A stretch of DNA of 44,581 nucleotides from Reclinomonas americana ATCC 50394 (lineage: Eukaryota): NCBI GenBank assembly GCA_048213135.1, contig PS015238.1, positions 2,072-46,652 on the forward strand, written 5' to 3'. A program made the translations under genes and the position numbers. Under the pieces are notes generated by a model. That model had not been told where the DNA came from and ran no database searches. It was given only the letters and a program-made list of their open reading frames with translations. Shown here piece after piece: positions 21,601 to 31,089 of this stretch; position 1 is the first letter of the stretch; each line of letters begins with the position of its first letter.

Positions 21601-24113
21601 GAAGCAACACATGGCCTGCTAGTTTACTGGTAGAATCCTACGTTAGGGACGTAGGGAACCGCGTTCGATTCGCGGGTGGGCCTTTCTTCTTTTTTCCTTT
21701 TGTGCCGATTTCTATTTTGCCAGCTCATCGCTGATCTGCACGCGCTTGGTGCTTGCTGCGTGCAGCATATCCTTTCCTACTCCACCCTGCCCTCTCCCTG
21801 CCGTTCCCACTCTACCCTGCCCTCTCCCTGCCGTTGCATGCTGTCGCTTCTTGTCGTATTGTCGTGTCCTTGCACCTCCCAACCCTACGATGTCCTATTT
21901 TTGACCATTTCAACACGTCTCGCACACTCGTTCCTCGCTCGCCATCTTCGTATCAACCCTTGGCGTCTCTGTTGTATGGACGCGCGTAGCAGCGCGCATT
22001 AGAGTACTTGCTGAAACGCAGCGATGGCGCAGCTTGCATGACGTCTGCCTTGCATCCGGTGCACGTGCAATTCCTTACCTTTCTCTCCCTTTGCCTCGCT
22101 GTCTCAACCACCCCCTCGTCACTTGTTGGAAGAGTTAGCAGAAGCACATGACATGGCCTGCTAGTTTACTGGTAGAATCCTACGTTCGGGACGTAGGGAA
22201 CCGCGTTCGATTCGCGGGCGGGCCCTGGAACGCTTCCACTTTTTGTGTTTCTTTTTTTTTGTTGACTCGTTTGTGCTGTCTCCTCCCCGCAGAACTTCTC
22301 CAACTACTCGGCGTGGCACCACCGCAGCAATCTGCTGACGCAAATCATGGCCAGCAAGTCGACAGAGGAGAAGCGCCGCATGATCGGAGACGAGTTCGAG
22401 CTGGTGTCGCAGGCATTTTTCACCGAGCCGGCCGATCAGAGTGCCTGGCTGTATCACCGCTGGCTTCTCGGCAAGGGTGCGTTCCACCGAGTGCTCTGTT
22501 GCTCTTGCCGCCCTCTGAGCAGTCTTCGCCCCGCCCTCATTTTGCAGTGCCCTCGGAGCTGTTTGTGGAGAACGTGGCGCCGTCTACACTGGCAGGTGCA
22601 CGGCAAGTGCTGCTGGCCTTCTCGACATTGGTACAGGTGCGGCTGTGCCCGGGAACTTGAACGCTCCTTTGAGATGCTGAATCCCACTGTAGGGAGTGTC
22701 GCCATCGACCGTGCTGCTGACGGCAGGCGGACACACTGTGGCGGTGACATGGACGCCCGTGTACGAGTCCACTCAGGCCGAGATCGACCGCAGTCCGTTC
22801 GCCAGTGTGTGGCTCGGAGATGTGAGCGAAGAGGTGCCGTTGGGCGAGAGCGGTGAACTGGCAGTGCATGGAGACGGTATTGTTTCTGTGGATGGTGTGG
22901 CACTGTCGATGGGCGGCGTGTGCCGGTGGACTGCGGAGGGCATGGTGCTCTTGCCGCTTCTCAGCAAGGACGTTGTGGATCGAGCCGAGGAGGATCAAGG
23001 TGCTGCTAATGTCTCTTGATGATGGTGGTGGTGGTGGAGCTTCACAATTGTGTCTCATCGCGAATGACATGTGTGTATGTGCAGAGTTGCGCGCCTTGTC
23101 GGTGCTGGAAAAGGATATCGAGCTGTGTCGCGAGCTGCTGAGCGAGGAGGATGGGCTGAAATGTTGAGTGAGATGCCATGGTCTTTGTCCCTCATCGCAT
23201 TCTTTGCGTGGCTACCCTTCTCAACGCCACTGTCCACGCAACGCAGGGGCATCCATCACGCTGGCATTCTCGCTGCGCGAGCGTGACTTGCAGATTGTTC
23301 GTCGTGAGCGACGCCTGAACCCTGCTCTTTCCGGTTCCGTACGCCCTCCCCCCTCAGCTTCGGTATCGGTGTCGGTTCTCGTTGACAAGTGTGCGTGCGT
23401 GCTACAGAGAGCTCGGAGGACTCGCTTGCTTCCTCGCTGGAGGCCATCGAGCTCCTCGGTGGCCTCGCAGCCTCCGACAGCATGCACACACGTTACTATG
23501 ACGATATGCGGAGCGACTACTCGCTGGAGCTGCGCACGCGCCATCCGTTCCCCAAGGACGCAGCTCCTCGCTCACATGTGCACGCCGACGACTGGACGCT
23601 GGATCTGTGTGGCCAGCATTTCACGCGTGTGCGCCACTTGAATAGGTGTGGCGTCGTGCGCCTGCAGTCTTGCATATCGCGCACGCGCAAGTGCTCACCA
23701 TTTCTACAGGATGGTGCACATTCGCCACCTGGACTTGTCTCGCAATGCGCTCGTCTCGCTGGAAGGCATTCAGTTTTTGGCGCTGCTGGAGACGCTTGTT
23801 GCCGACGACAACCAGTTGACGAATCTCGATGTGAGACTGTCGGCGCTGAAGCACTTGCGAGTGCTCTCCGTGGCCAACAATGGTGTGTGTGTGCGCGCCC
23901 ACTTGTCCTTGTCGTGTCTGTGTGTGTGCGCTTGCTTGCACTCAACCGTGGTGTGTGTGCGCGCGCCACGTAGCCATTGCGTTGTTGCCAACCAACGCCG
24001 TGAGCGATGTGGTCACGGAGGTGCGCGGTGGCAGCAATCCGGCCACCACTGCTGCTCTGCTGCGGACTGCTTTTCCGGCAGCCACGACGGTGGTGTGGGA
24101 GGTGACGGAATGA
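18675..24113 (+). CDS. RABGGTA: Rab geranylgeranyltransferase (GGTase II) alpha subunit, long form with insert domain and LRRs
   Basis: N-terminus MHGVRK. Prenyltransferase alpha repeats NPDYYTLWNFRR, NPKIYAIWNHRKW, DERNFHCWNYRR, NFSNYSAWHHR and FTEPADQSAWLYHRWLL. C-terminal LRRs (IRHLDLSRNALVSLEGIQFLALLETLVADDNQL). Confidence 0.95.
19614..19684 (+). tRNA. tRNA with Arg anticodon CCG (array copy 1)
   Basis: Cloverleaf: acceptor GGCCTAC/GTGGGCC, D-arm GTTT-ACTGGTA-GAAC, anticodon arm CTACG-TTCCGAA-CGTAG (CCG at 19646-19648), variable loop TGGA, T-arm CCGCG-TTCGATT-CGCGG, N73=T, T-run downstream. Confidence 0.88.
20138..20208 (+). tRNA. tRNA with Arg anticodon ACG (array copy 2)
   Basis: Same body. 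Loop CTACGAA (ACG at 20170-20172), variable loop TGGA, N73=T, followed by TTCCTTTTT. Confidence 0.88.
20611..20681 (+). tRNA. tRNA with Pro anticodon CGG (array copy 3)
   Basis: Same body. Loop TTCGGGA (CGG at 20643-20645), variable loop GGAA, N73=T, T-run downstream. Confidence 0.88.
21146..21216 (+). tRNA. tRNA with Arg anticodon TCG (array copy 4)
   Basis: Same body. Loop CTTCGAA (TCG at 21178-21180), variable loop TGGA, N73=T, followed by TTCCTTTTT. Confidence 0.88.
21613..21683 (+). tRNA. tRNA with Pro anticodon AGG (array copy 5)
   Basis: Same body. Loop TTAGGGA (AGG at 21645-21647), variable loop GGAA, N73=T, T-run downstream. Confidence 0.88.
22155..22225 (+). tRNA. tRNA with Pro anticodon CGG (array copy 6)
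   Basis: Same body. Loop TTCGGGA (CGG at 22187-22189), acceptor GGCCTGC/GCGGGCC, N73=C (the usual eukaryotic tRNA-Pro discriminator), T-run about 15 nt downstream. Confidence 0.9.
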
Positions 24114-24227
24114 AACACTCGGTATGCAGAGACACACAGTCACTGTGTATATTCGTTGTGTGCGTGCGGGAGAAAATGGACATTGCCGGTGCCGCGCGAC
24201 TCGGTGATCCACGTGCTTGGAGCAGAA

Positions 24228-27200
24228 TTAGCGCACAATGGAGTTGGGAATCGCCGGCTGTGTGCAGATACCGGCCGATGTCATCGCCGGGTTGCCGCGG
24301 AAGTTGCAGATGCCACTTTCGTCGGTCCGCAGGTCCTGCGCGAAGAGTAAGCCGTCAGGAATAACAACGAAGAGGGAGAGAGAGAAAAGACGCAACTGCC
24401 AGAACCACTGGAATCTTCTTGGAGCTGAGGACCTTGTCGGGCGCCGCCTCAAAGCCGGCAAACGACACGCGCTCGCCGATGCGCGATCCCTCTGGCGGAT
24501 TGATAAAGTCGACCTTGCTGTCGTCGGCACTGGCAGCGCACAGGACCATGGCCTCGCTCTTCACGTCGCGCAGCTTGGAGGGCTTCATGTTGCACACGAC
24601 AAGAATGACGCGGTCCTGCGATATGCCGGGCGACAGGTGAGGGAAACGGCACGCTGGGACACGCATCAGCCATGCACAACCAACCTGCATCCTGTCAATC
24701 GGGATGTGTTGCACGAGTCCACTGACCACCTGGCGCGGCTCCGCCTCACCCACGTCGATCCTTTCCACATACAGCCTGCCGACAACAAGAAAGATGAACA
24801 ATGACCGCGATATCGATCGTGCTTATGACAGAAACACAGAGACAACGTACCGATCGGCCGTCGGGTGACGCTCCACATGCACAATGCGACCGACGCGAAT
24901 GTCAAACGCCGAAATGTCTTCCAGATCCACCTTGGGTGGTGGAGGAGGAGCCTTCGTCTTCTCCTTCTTCTCCTTCTTCTCTGTCCGCTTGCCCGCGGCG
25001 GCCGGGGGTGCAGATTCCGCTGCCGCAGCCGCAGATTCAGAGGCAACAGATTCCGCGGCGGCTTCCGACTTCTGTGATGCCGGTGGTGGTGGTGGTGCGC
25101 CACTGCCAGACGCTCCCCCCGAGGCGTCGGCGAATTCCAGCGGCGCCTCCCCAACGCTGCGACGGTACTCGTTGTGCGCCTCCAGCTGCTTCTCCCACTG
25201 CTTCTGCAACCTCTTCTGCGCGGCCTTGGCCACCGGCTTGCCGTCCTTGTCGACGGTTGGCAGACCCCTCTCGTCCCAGGCCGAGTACTCCGCGTCCCTG
25301 AACATGTCCAGCGGCGACTTTTTCGCCGCCTCCAATTTCAACGCTGCGAACGGGCGAACGTCGGCGACAGAATGCGCCAGAGAAATCCGGCCAACAACAA
25401 CAACAACGAACCCTGCGCAGCCTCACGCTCCAACCGGCGCTTCTCCTTCTCCGCCTCACGTGCAGCCTCCGCAGCGCGCTTCTCCTCCAACTCCTGCAGC
25501 AAAACCTCCGGCTTCTCAAACTTCCATGCACTCTTGCCGTCGGGGCGGTCCTCCAGACGCACACCAAGAGGAATCAAGGTGGTGTCACGGATATCGTCAG
25601 TCATGCGCAAAATTACTTGGTAATCTGCGACGAGCGAGCAAGTGCGTGAGCGAGTGAGAGACACAAGAACAGCCATAAGTTCTCCCCCCACGCTCGTCAA
25701 TCCCAACACACCTGCTTTTTGACGAGCCGCCGTGCGCACTTGCTCGCGGAAATCGGCGAGCACGTTGAGGTACGGTGCGATGCGGTCCTCCGCCTGTCAG
25801 CAAGAGACGTTGGTCAGCGCATAGCCATCGAATAAATAAACAAGGAGGCGTCCNNNNNNNNNNNNNNNNNNNNNNNNNNNNNNNNNNNNNNNNNNNNNNN
25901 NNNNNNNNNNNNNNNNNNNNNNNNNNNNNNNNNNNNNNNNNNNNNNNNNNNNNNNNNNNNNNNNNNNNNNNNNNNNNNNNNNNNNNNNNNNNNNNNNNNN
26001 NNNNNNNNNNNNNNNNNNNNNNNNNNNNNNNNNNNNNNNNNNNNNNNNNNNNNNNNNNNNNNNNNNNNNNNNNNNNNNNNNNNNNNNNNNNNNNNNNNNN
26101 NNNNNNNNNNNNNNNNNNNNNNNNNNNNNNNNNNNNNNNNNNNNNNNNNNNNNNNNNNNNNNNNNNNNNNNNNNNNNNNNNNNNNNNNNNNNNNNNNNNN
26201 NNNNNNNNNNNNNNNNNNNNNNNNNNNNNNNNNNNNNNNNNNNNNNNNNNNNNNNNNNNNNNNNNNNNNNNNNNNNNNNNNNNNNNNNNNNNNNNNNNNN
26301 NNNNNNNNNNNNNNNNNNNNNNNNNNNNNNNNNNNNNNNNNNNNNNNNNNNNNNNNNNNNNNNNNNNNNNNNNNNNNNNNNNNNNNNNNNNNNNNNNNNN
26401 NNNNNNNNNNNNNNNNNNNNNNNNNNNNNNNNNNNNNNNNNNNNNNNNNNNNNNNNNNNNNNNNNNNNNNNNNNNNNNNNNNNNNNNNNNNNNNNNNNNN
26501 NNNNNNNNNNNNNNNNNNNNNNNNNNNNNNNNNNNNNNNNNNNNNNNNNNNNNNNNNNNNNNNNNNNNNNNNNNNNNNNNNNNNNNNNNNNNNNNNNNNN
26601 NNNNNNNNNNNNNNNNNNNNNNNNNNNNNNNNNNNNNNNNNNNNNNNNNNNNNNNNNNNNNNNNNNNNNNNNNNNNNNNNNNNNNNNNNNNNNNNNNNNN
26701 NNNNNNNNNNNNNNNNNNNNNNNNNNNNNNNNNNNNNNNNNNNNNNNNNNNNNNNNNNNNNNNNNNNNNNNNNNNNNNNNNNNNNNNNNNNNNNNNNNNN
26801 NNNNNNNNNNNNNNNNNNNNNNNNNNNNNNNNNNNNNNNNNNNNNNNTGCAGCGCCGTGCTGGGCTCCAACATGATGGATGTGCACTCGGGTGGACAAGA
26901 CCTGAAGTTCCCCCACCACGACAACGAGCTGGCACAGTCCGAGGCGTGCTTCTGCCACCACCAGTGGGTGAACTACTTTTTGCACTGCGGACATTTGGGC
27001 ATTGGTGGCCAGAAGATGTCCAAGTCGAAGAAGAATTTCACCACCATCAAGGTCTGTGTCAGCAAACACATGATTCCACCACTCGTGCGTGCGACTCACC
27101 TCCCCGCGTCCATCATGCCTGCAGGAGGCACTGCAAGTGTACACTGGTCGCGACATCCGCATGCTGTGCTTGCTGCACAAGTACAACGCACCGCTGGAGT

Positions 27201-30117
27201 ACAGTGAGAGCGCCATGGAGGAGGCTGTGACTTTCCAGCGCCAGTTCCGCGAGTTTTTCCAGAACATGAAGGTGGAGCTGCGCACGGCGTCGCCACACGC
27301 AGCCACCCGATGGGATGCACCGGAGAAGCAGCTGAAGGATGCGCTGTTGGCAGCGCAGCAGGCGGTGCGCAACGCGCTGGTGGACGACATGGACACCCCG
27401 ACTGCCATTCGTCAGCTGCAGGAGCTCATCTCGGCCACCAATCGCTACCTCATGGACGTGCGCGCCATCCCCGGCCGCGAGCCGCGCGCCATGTCGCTGC
27501 GCGACGTGGCCGCTTACATGACCGACATTTTCACGGTGTTTGGCCTGAACGAGGTCGGCGCCATTGGCTTTGCGTCGGCCGAGGAGGGTGGCGCGGTACG
27601 TCNNNNNNNNNNNNNNNNNNNNNNNNNNNNNNNNNNNNNNNNNNNNNNNNNNNNNNNNNNNNNNNNNNNNNNNNNNNNNNNNNNNNNNNNNNNNNNNNNN
27701 NNNNNNNNNNNNNNNNNNNNNNNNNNNNNNNNNNNNNNNNNNNNNNNNNNNNNNNNNNNNNNNNNNNNNNNNNNNNNNNNNNNNNNNNNNNNNNNNNNNN
27801 NNNNNNNNNNNNNNNNNNNNNNNNNNNNNNNNNNNNNNNNNNNNNNNNNNNNNNNNNNNNNNNNNNNNNNNNNNNNNNNNNNNNNNNNNNNNNNNNNNNN
27901 NNNNNNNNNNNNNNNNNNNNNNNNNNNNNNNNNNNNNNNNNNNNNNNNNNNNNNNNNNNNNNNNNNNNNNNNNNNNNNNNNNNNNNNNNNNNNNNNNNNN
28001 NNNNNNNNNNNNNNNNNNNNNNNNNNNNNNNNNNNNNNNNNNNNNNNNNNNNNNNNNNNNNNNNNNNNNNNNNNNNNNNNNNNNNNNNNNNNNNNNNNNN
28101 NNNNNNNNNNNNNNNNNNNNNNNNNNNNNNNNNNNNNNNNNNNNNNNNNNNNNNNNNNNNNNNNNNNNNNNNNNNNNNNNNNNNNNNNNNNNNNNNNNNN
28201 NNNNNNNNNNNNNNNNNNNNNNNNNNNNNNNNNNNNNNNNNNNNNNNNNNNNNNNNNNNNNNNNNNNNNNNNNNNNNNNNNNNNNNNNNNNNNNNNNNNN
28301 NNNNNNNNNNNNNNNNNNNNNNNNNNNNNNNNNNNNNNNNNNNNNNNNNNNNNNNNNNNNNNNNNNNNNNNNNNNNNNNNNNNNNNNNNNNNNNNNNNNN
28401 NNNNNNNNNNNNNNNNNNNNNNNNNNNNNNNNNNNNNNNNNNNNNNNNNNNNNNNNNNNNNNNNNNNNNNNNNNNNNNNNNNNNNNNNNNNNNNNNNNNN
28501 NNNNNNNNNNNNNNNNNNNNNNNNNNNNNNNNNNNNNNNNNNNTGTGAGAGAGAGGGAGAGCATCGATCAGTGGCCGAACAGGGGGCTTTGTTTTCCCGT
28601 CGAGCACGACGCAACGTGGCCATGGCCGAGCACTCAATGTGCCAACCGGGGCGACCGCGTCCCCACGGCGAGTCCCACGCTGGCTCGCCAATCTTTGAGG
28701 CCTTCCACAACGCAAAATCGGCCGCCGTCTTCTTCTCCGACACACCACCGCACAGCGAACCTGCCAGCGAAGAGGACGACAAAATGTCAGGAGAGAGACC
28801 ACACACCAGCGATTGACAGACTGGACGGACTGACCCTCGCCCTCAGCCATCAGCTCCAGATCATTGTGGCGCTCTGGTGCGAGCTTGGGATGCTCGTGGC
28901 CGGCGGCGAGGTAGGCAGTGGTGTCAAAGTACACCGAACCAGTGGCGCTGGCATACGCAAAGCCATTGTCCACAATCTTCTGAATAAAGGCCACCACCTC
29001 GGGCACATACTCGGTGACGCGCGGCATGGCCTGCGCTGGTCGAACCTGGAGAAAGCAGCGCGGATTGTGAGACCGAGTGCGAGGGGTGGTGACTGGCAAC
29101 TGGTGGGAACAATAAGCAACTCCCAGCGACGCCATGTCCTCGAGGAAATCACGCTCGTAGTGACGAGCGTGGCCCTCAAAGTCGGGTTCACGTGCCGCCG
29201 CCTCAGCACTAATCAGATTGGCACTCAGCGCCGCCTGTTTGATGGCTTGCGCCGCGGCATAGGTGCGCGCCACCTTGCGCGATTCCTCACCATCGGCCAG
29301 CAGCTCACGCGCCTCTGTCAGCGCCTGCTCCAGCGCCGCACTGCACATACGCACACATCAGCGAAAGAAAGAGCGACTAGGATGGGGGGAGGGAGGGAAA
29401 GTGAGGCAGAGACGCAACGATGCAGAAGCGCGTGGAGACAACTCATTCACCAAGTCCTGCAGATGCTTCTGCGAGGAGGCAATGATGATCTTGTCGTCCA
29501 CGTCGGTGATGTTCATGACAAACAGCGTCGGCAGGTGGAAGTAGTCCTCCAGCACACGACGGATAATGTCAAGCGACACGTAGTTGCTGATCCCAGAGAG
29601 CGAGAGATGAGTTCAAGTGTCTCGAGTGTGCAAGCTCTGATTCGCACGCGCGCGCGCGCGACCTCACCGTGCATGACCCAAGTGCGACACATTGTACACG
29701 GTCGGCCCGCACGAGTACCATCGCAGAGGCCCATTGCGCGGCTTGCGAAGAGGCACCTGTCGAGAGCGCAAATGTGAGCAACTGTGAGCGGAGATGGGAG
29801 GAGGTGGGAGGCAGTCACAGTCACTTGGAAATCACAAACAAAGCACACAGTGTGCCTCTCCTACGCACACACACACACACGCGCGCGCACACAGACAATG
29901 GGGCATGCGTGCGCGCGTGCTGGCGACAACTCCCACTCTCTCTGTCACACATGACTGACATGTCCCTCACTGCCACACACACTCTCTCTCTCTCCCAGCT
30001 GAGCACCTTGCTGCGCGTCAACGAGTTGTACACAAAGACTCCAGTCTCCTCGTACTCGCCACTGGCCACACTCGGCTCAATCCACTTTGGCTGATGACTT
30101 CCGCTCGCAGCCGCCAT
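24228..30117 (-). CDS. CARS1: Cytosolic-type cysteinyl-tRNA synthetase with C-terminal EMAPII/Trbp111-like tRNA-binding domain
   Basis: [94 protein letters not shown], the eukaryotic C-terminal extension ([17 protein letters not shown]), then an OB fold ([38 protein letters not shown]). Confidence 0.95.
26853..27595 (+). CDS. CARS1: Internal exons of the CysRS gene on a gap-flanked contig scaffolded in the wrong orientation
   Basis: [52 protein letters not shown] and anticodon-binding helices. Splice phases match the flanking minus-strand exons at both ends. Confidence 0.9.
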
Positions 30118-30128
30118 TTGAACAAGGT

Positions 30129-30140
30129 TTTGGCGCGAAA
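30129..30140. promoter_or_regulatory. E2F-type element in the CysRS/SET divergent intergenic region
   Basis: TTTGGCGCGAAA (reverse complement TTTCGCGCCAAA) matches the canonical E2F site. Function is not demonstrated. Confidence 0.4.
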
Positions 30141-30163
30141 TTATGTTTGTCCCAAATCTTCCG

Positions 30164-31030
30164 ATGTCGAGGCCGCTCACCGCACTCACTCTCCGCCTCA
30201 CTGCTCTCCGCGGCCGCGGTCTGTTCGCTCCCCGCGCGATCACCAAAGGCGAGTGCATTGCCACCGAGCACGCGCTCGTCTGTGCACCGCGTGTCGCTGC
30301 TGCATGCACACACTGTCTGTCGAGGGCGGCTTGTCGATGCAGTGCGGAGACGGGAACGCGTGGGGAGGTGGAGGAGCTGTGTCGACAGTGGGGCGGCATG
30401 CGGTACCCGGTGATGACGAAGCGACTGATGGTGCGCAGTGCACGCGAGGTGGGCTTCTTTGAGGAGGTGCTGCAGACGTTGTGTTTCGCGCGCATGTCGC
30501 CGCCGTATCCGGCCGAGTGGGTGACGTTGTATGAGGCTGCCATGCGTGATTGTGCGAGTTTGGCGATTGATGAGCGGTGGCGCGGGGTGTGGACGGTGGA
30601 GTCGTTTGTGCGGGTGCTGAGTGCGGTGCACATTAATGCGTTTGCGGCGGGCGATGAGTTGCCCGGATCGGTGTTGTTTCACGAGTTGTCCATGCTGAAT
30701 CATGCGTGTCGGCCGAATGCCGAACTGCGCTTCTCTCTTGTCAGCGGTGCGCGTCTCTCTCCCCTCGATCTGCTCATGTGCAGCAGCCTCATCTTCCTCG
30801 TTGCATGTGCAGGCGACAATGTTCCGCATCCACTCATCGGCTCACTGATCGCACTGCGCGACATTGCTGTCGACGAGGAGGTTACAGTGTCGTACACGGA
30901 CGTCAACGCGACGCAAAAGGAGCGACGTGAGGCTCTGCAGTTTGCCTATGGATTCGACTGCGTGGCGACGTGCACGTCCTCTTGTCGAGACGAGAATGTG
31001 GGTACGAAGAGGAGGCCGCATACGAGATAG
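30164..31030 (+). CDS. SET-domain (SMYD-like) lysine methyltransferase
   Basis: RGRGLFAPRAITKGECIATE, a Cys-rich remnant CTHC..C, INAF, LSMLNHACRPNA, ALRDIAVDEEVTVSY, and post-SET YGFDC..TC...C. There is one probable in-frame intron and an alternative ATG at 30143. Confidence 0.9.
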   Translation: MSRPLTALTLRLTALRGRGLFAPRAITKGECIATEHALVCAPRVAAACTHCLSRAACRCSAETGTRGEVEELCRQWGGMRYPVMTKRLMVRSAREVGFFEEVLQTLCFARMSPPYPAEWVTLYEAAMRDCASLAIDERWRGVWTVESFVRVLSAVHINAFAAGDELPGSVLFHELSMLNHACRPNAELRFSLVSGARLSPLDLLMCSSLIFLVACAGDNVPHPLIGSLIALRDIAVDEEVTVSYTDVNATQKERREALQFAYGFDCVATCTSSCRDENVGTKRRPHTR

Positions 31031-31089
31031 CAATGTAGTAGCACAGACGCCTCGTGTACTGTCTGTCGCCACAGCTCTACAAATGATGC

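Larger units (their letters stand above)
19614..22225 (+). repeat. Tandem array of ~470-540-bp units (tRNA + spacer) with a higher-order dimer duplication
   Basis: Unit starts at 19614, 20138, 20611, 21146, 21613 and 22155. Spacer 20209-20610 resembles 21217-21612, and spacer 20682-21145 resembles 21684-22154 (shared blocks such as ttcaacacgtctcgcacactcgttcctcgctcgccatcttcgtatcaaccc). Confidence 0.9.
19550..22292 (+). other. Exceptionally long (2743 nt) GT-AG intron of RABGGTA hosting a tRNA array
   Basis: Donor aag|gtgggt at 19550 and acceptor ccgcag|aac at 22292 join KKIDK to NFSNYSAWHHR in phase 0. Most other introns in the window are roughly 50-150 nt. Confidence 0.92.

Noticed and set aside
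19620-22147. ORF-track peptides with the repeated motif WPASLLVESY...RVRFAGGP
   Set aside because: These are translations of the tRNA genes inside an intron, not a protein repeat.
19614-22225. Genome-wide reassignment of CGN or CCN codons implied by the shared tRNA body
   Set aside because: Conserved positions use the standard code: RABGGTA WNYRR uses CGG CGA, CysRS GRPGW uses CGC and CCC, and CGPT uses CCG. Low-level mistranslation remains possible.
19614-22225. CRISPR-like repeat-spacer array or tRNA-derived SINE cluster
   Set aside because: The repeats are complete 71-nt cloverleafs ending at the discriminator. The spacers are 400-470 nt and homologous to each other, and there are no cas genes, SINE tails or target-site duplications.
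26848-27602. Middle CysRS exons on the opposite strand, suggesting trans-splicing or gene scrambling
   Set aside because: The segment is a small contig bounded by ~1-kb N gaps on both sides. Flipping it restores order and splice phase at both ends (SAMA-T-AVLG; EGGA-AEDRI), so a scaffolding error is the simplest explanation.
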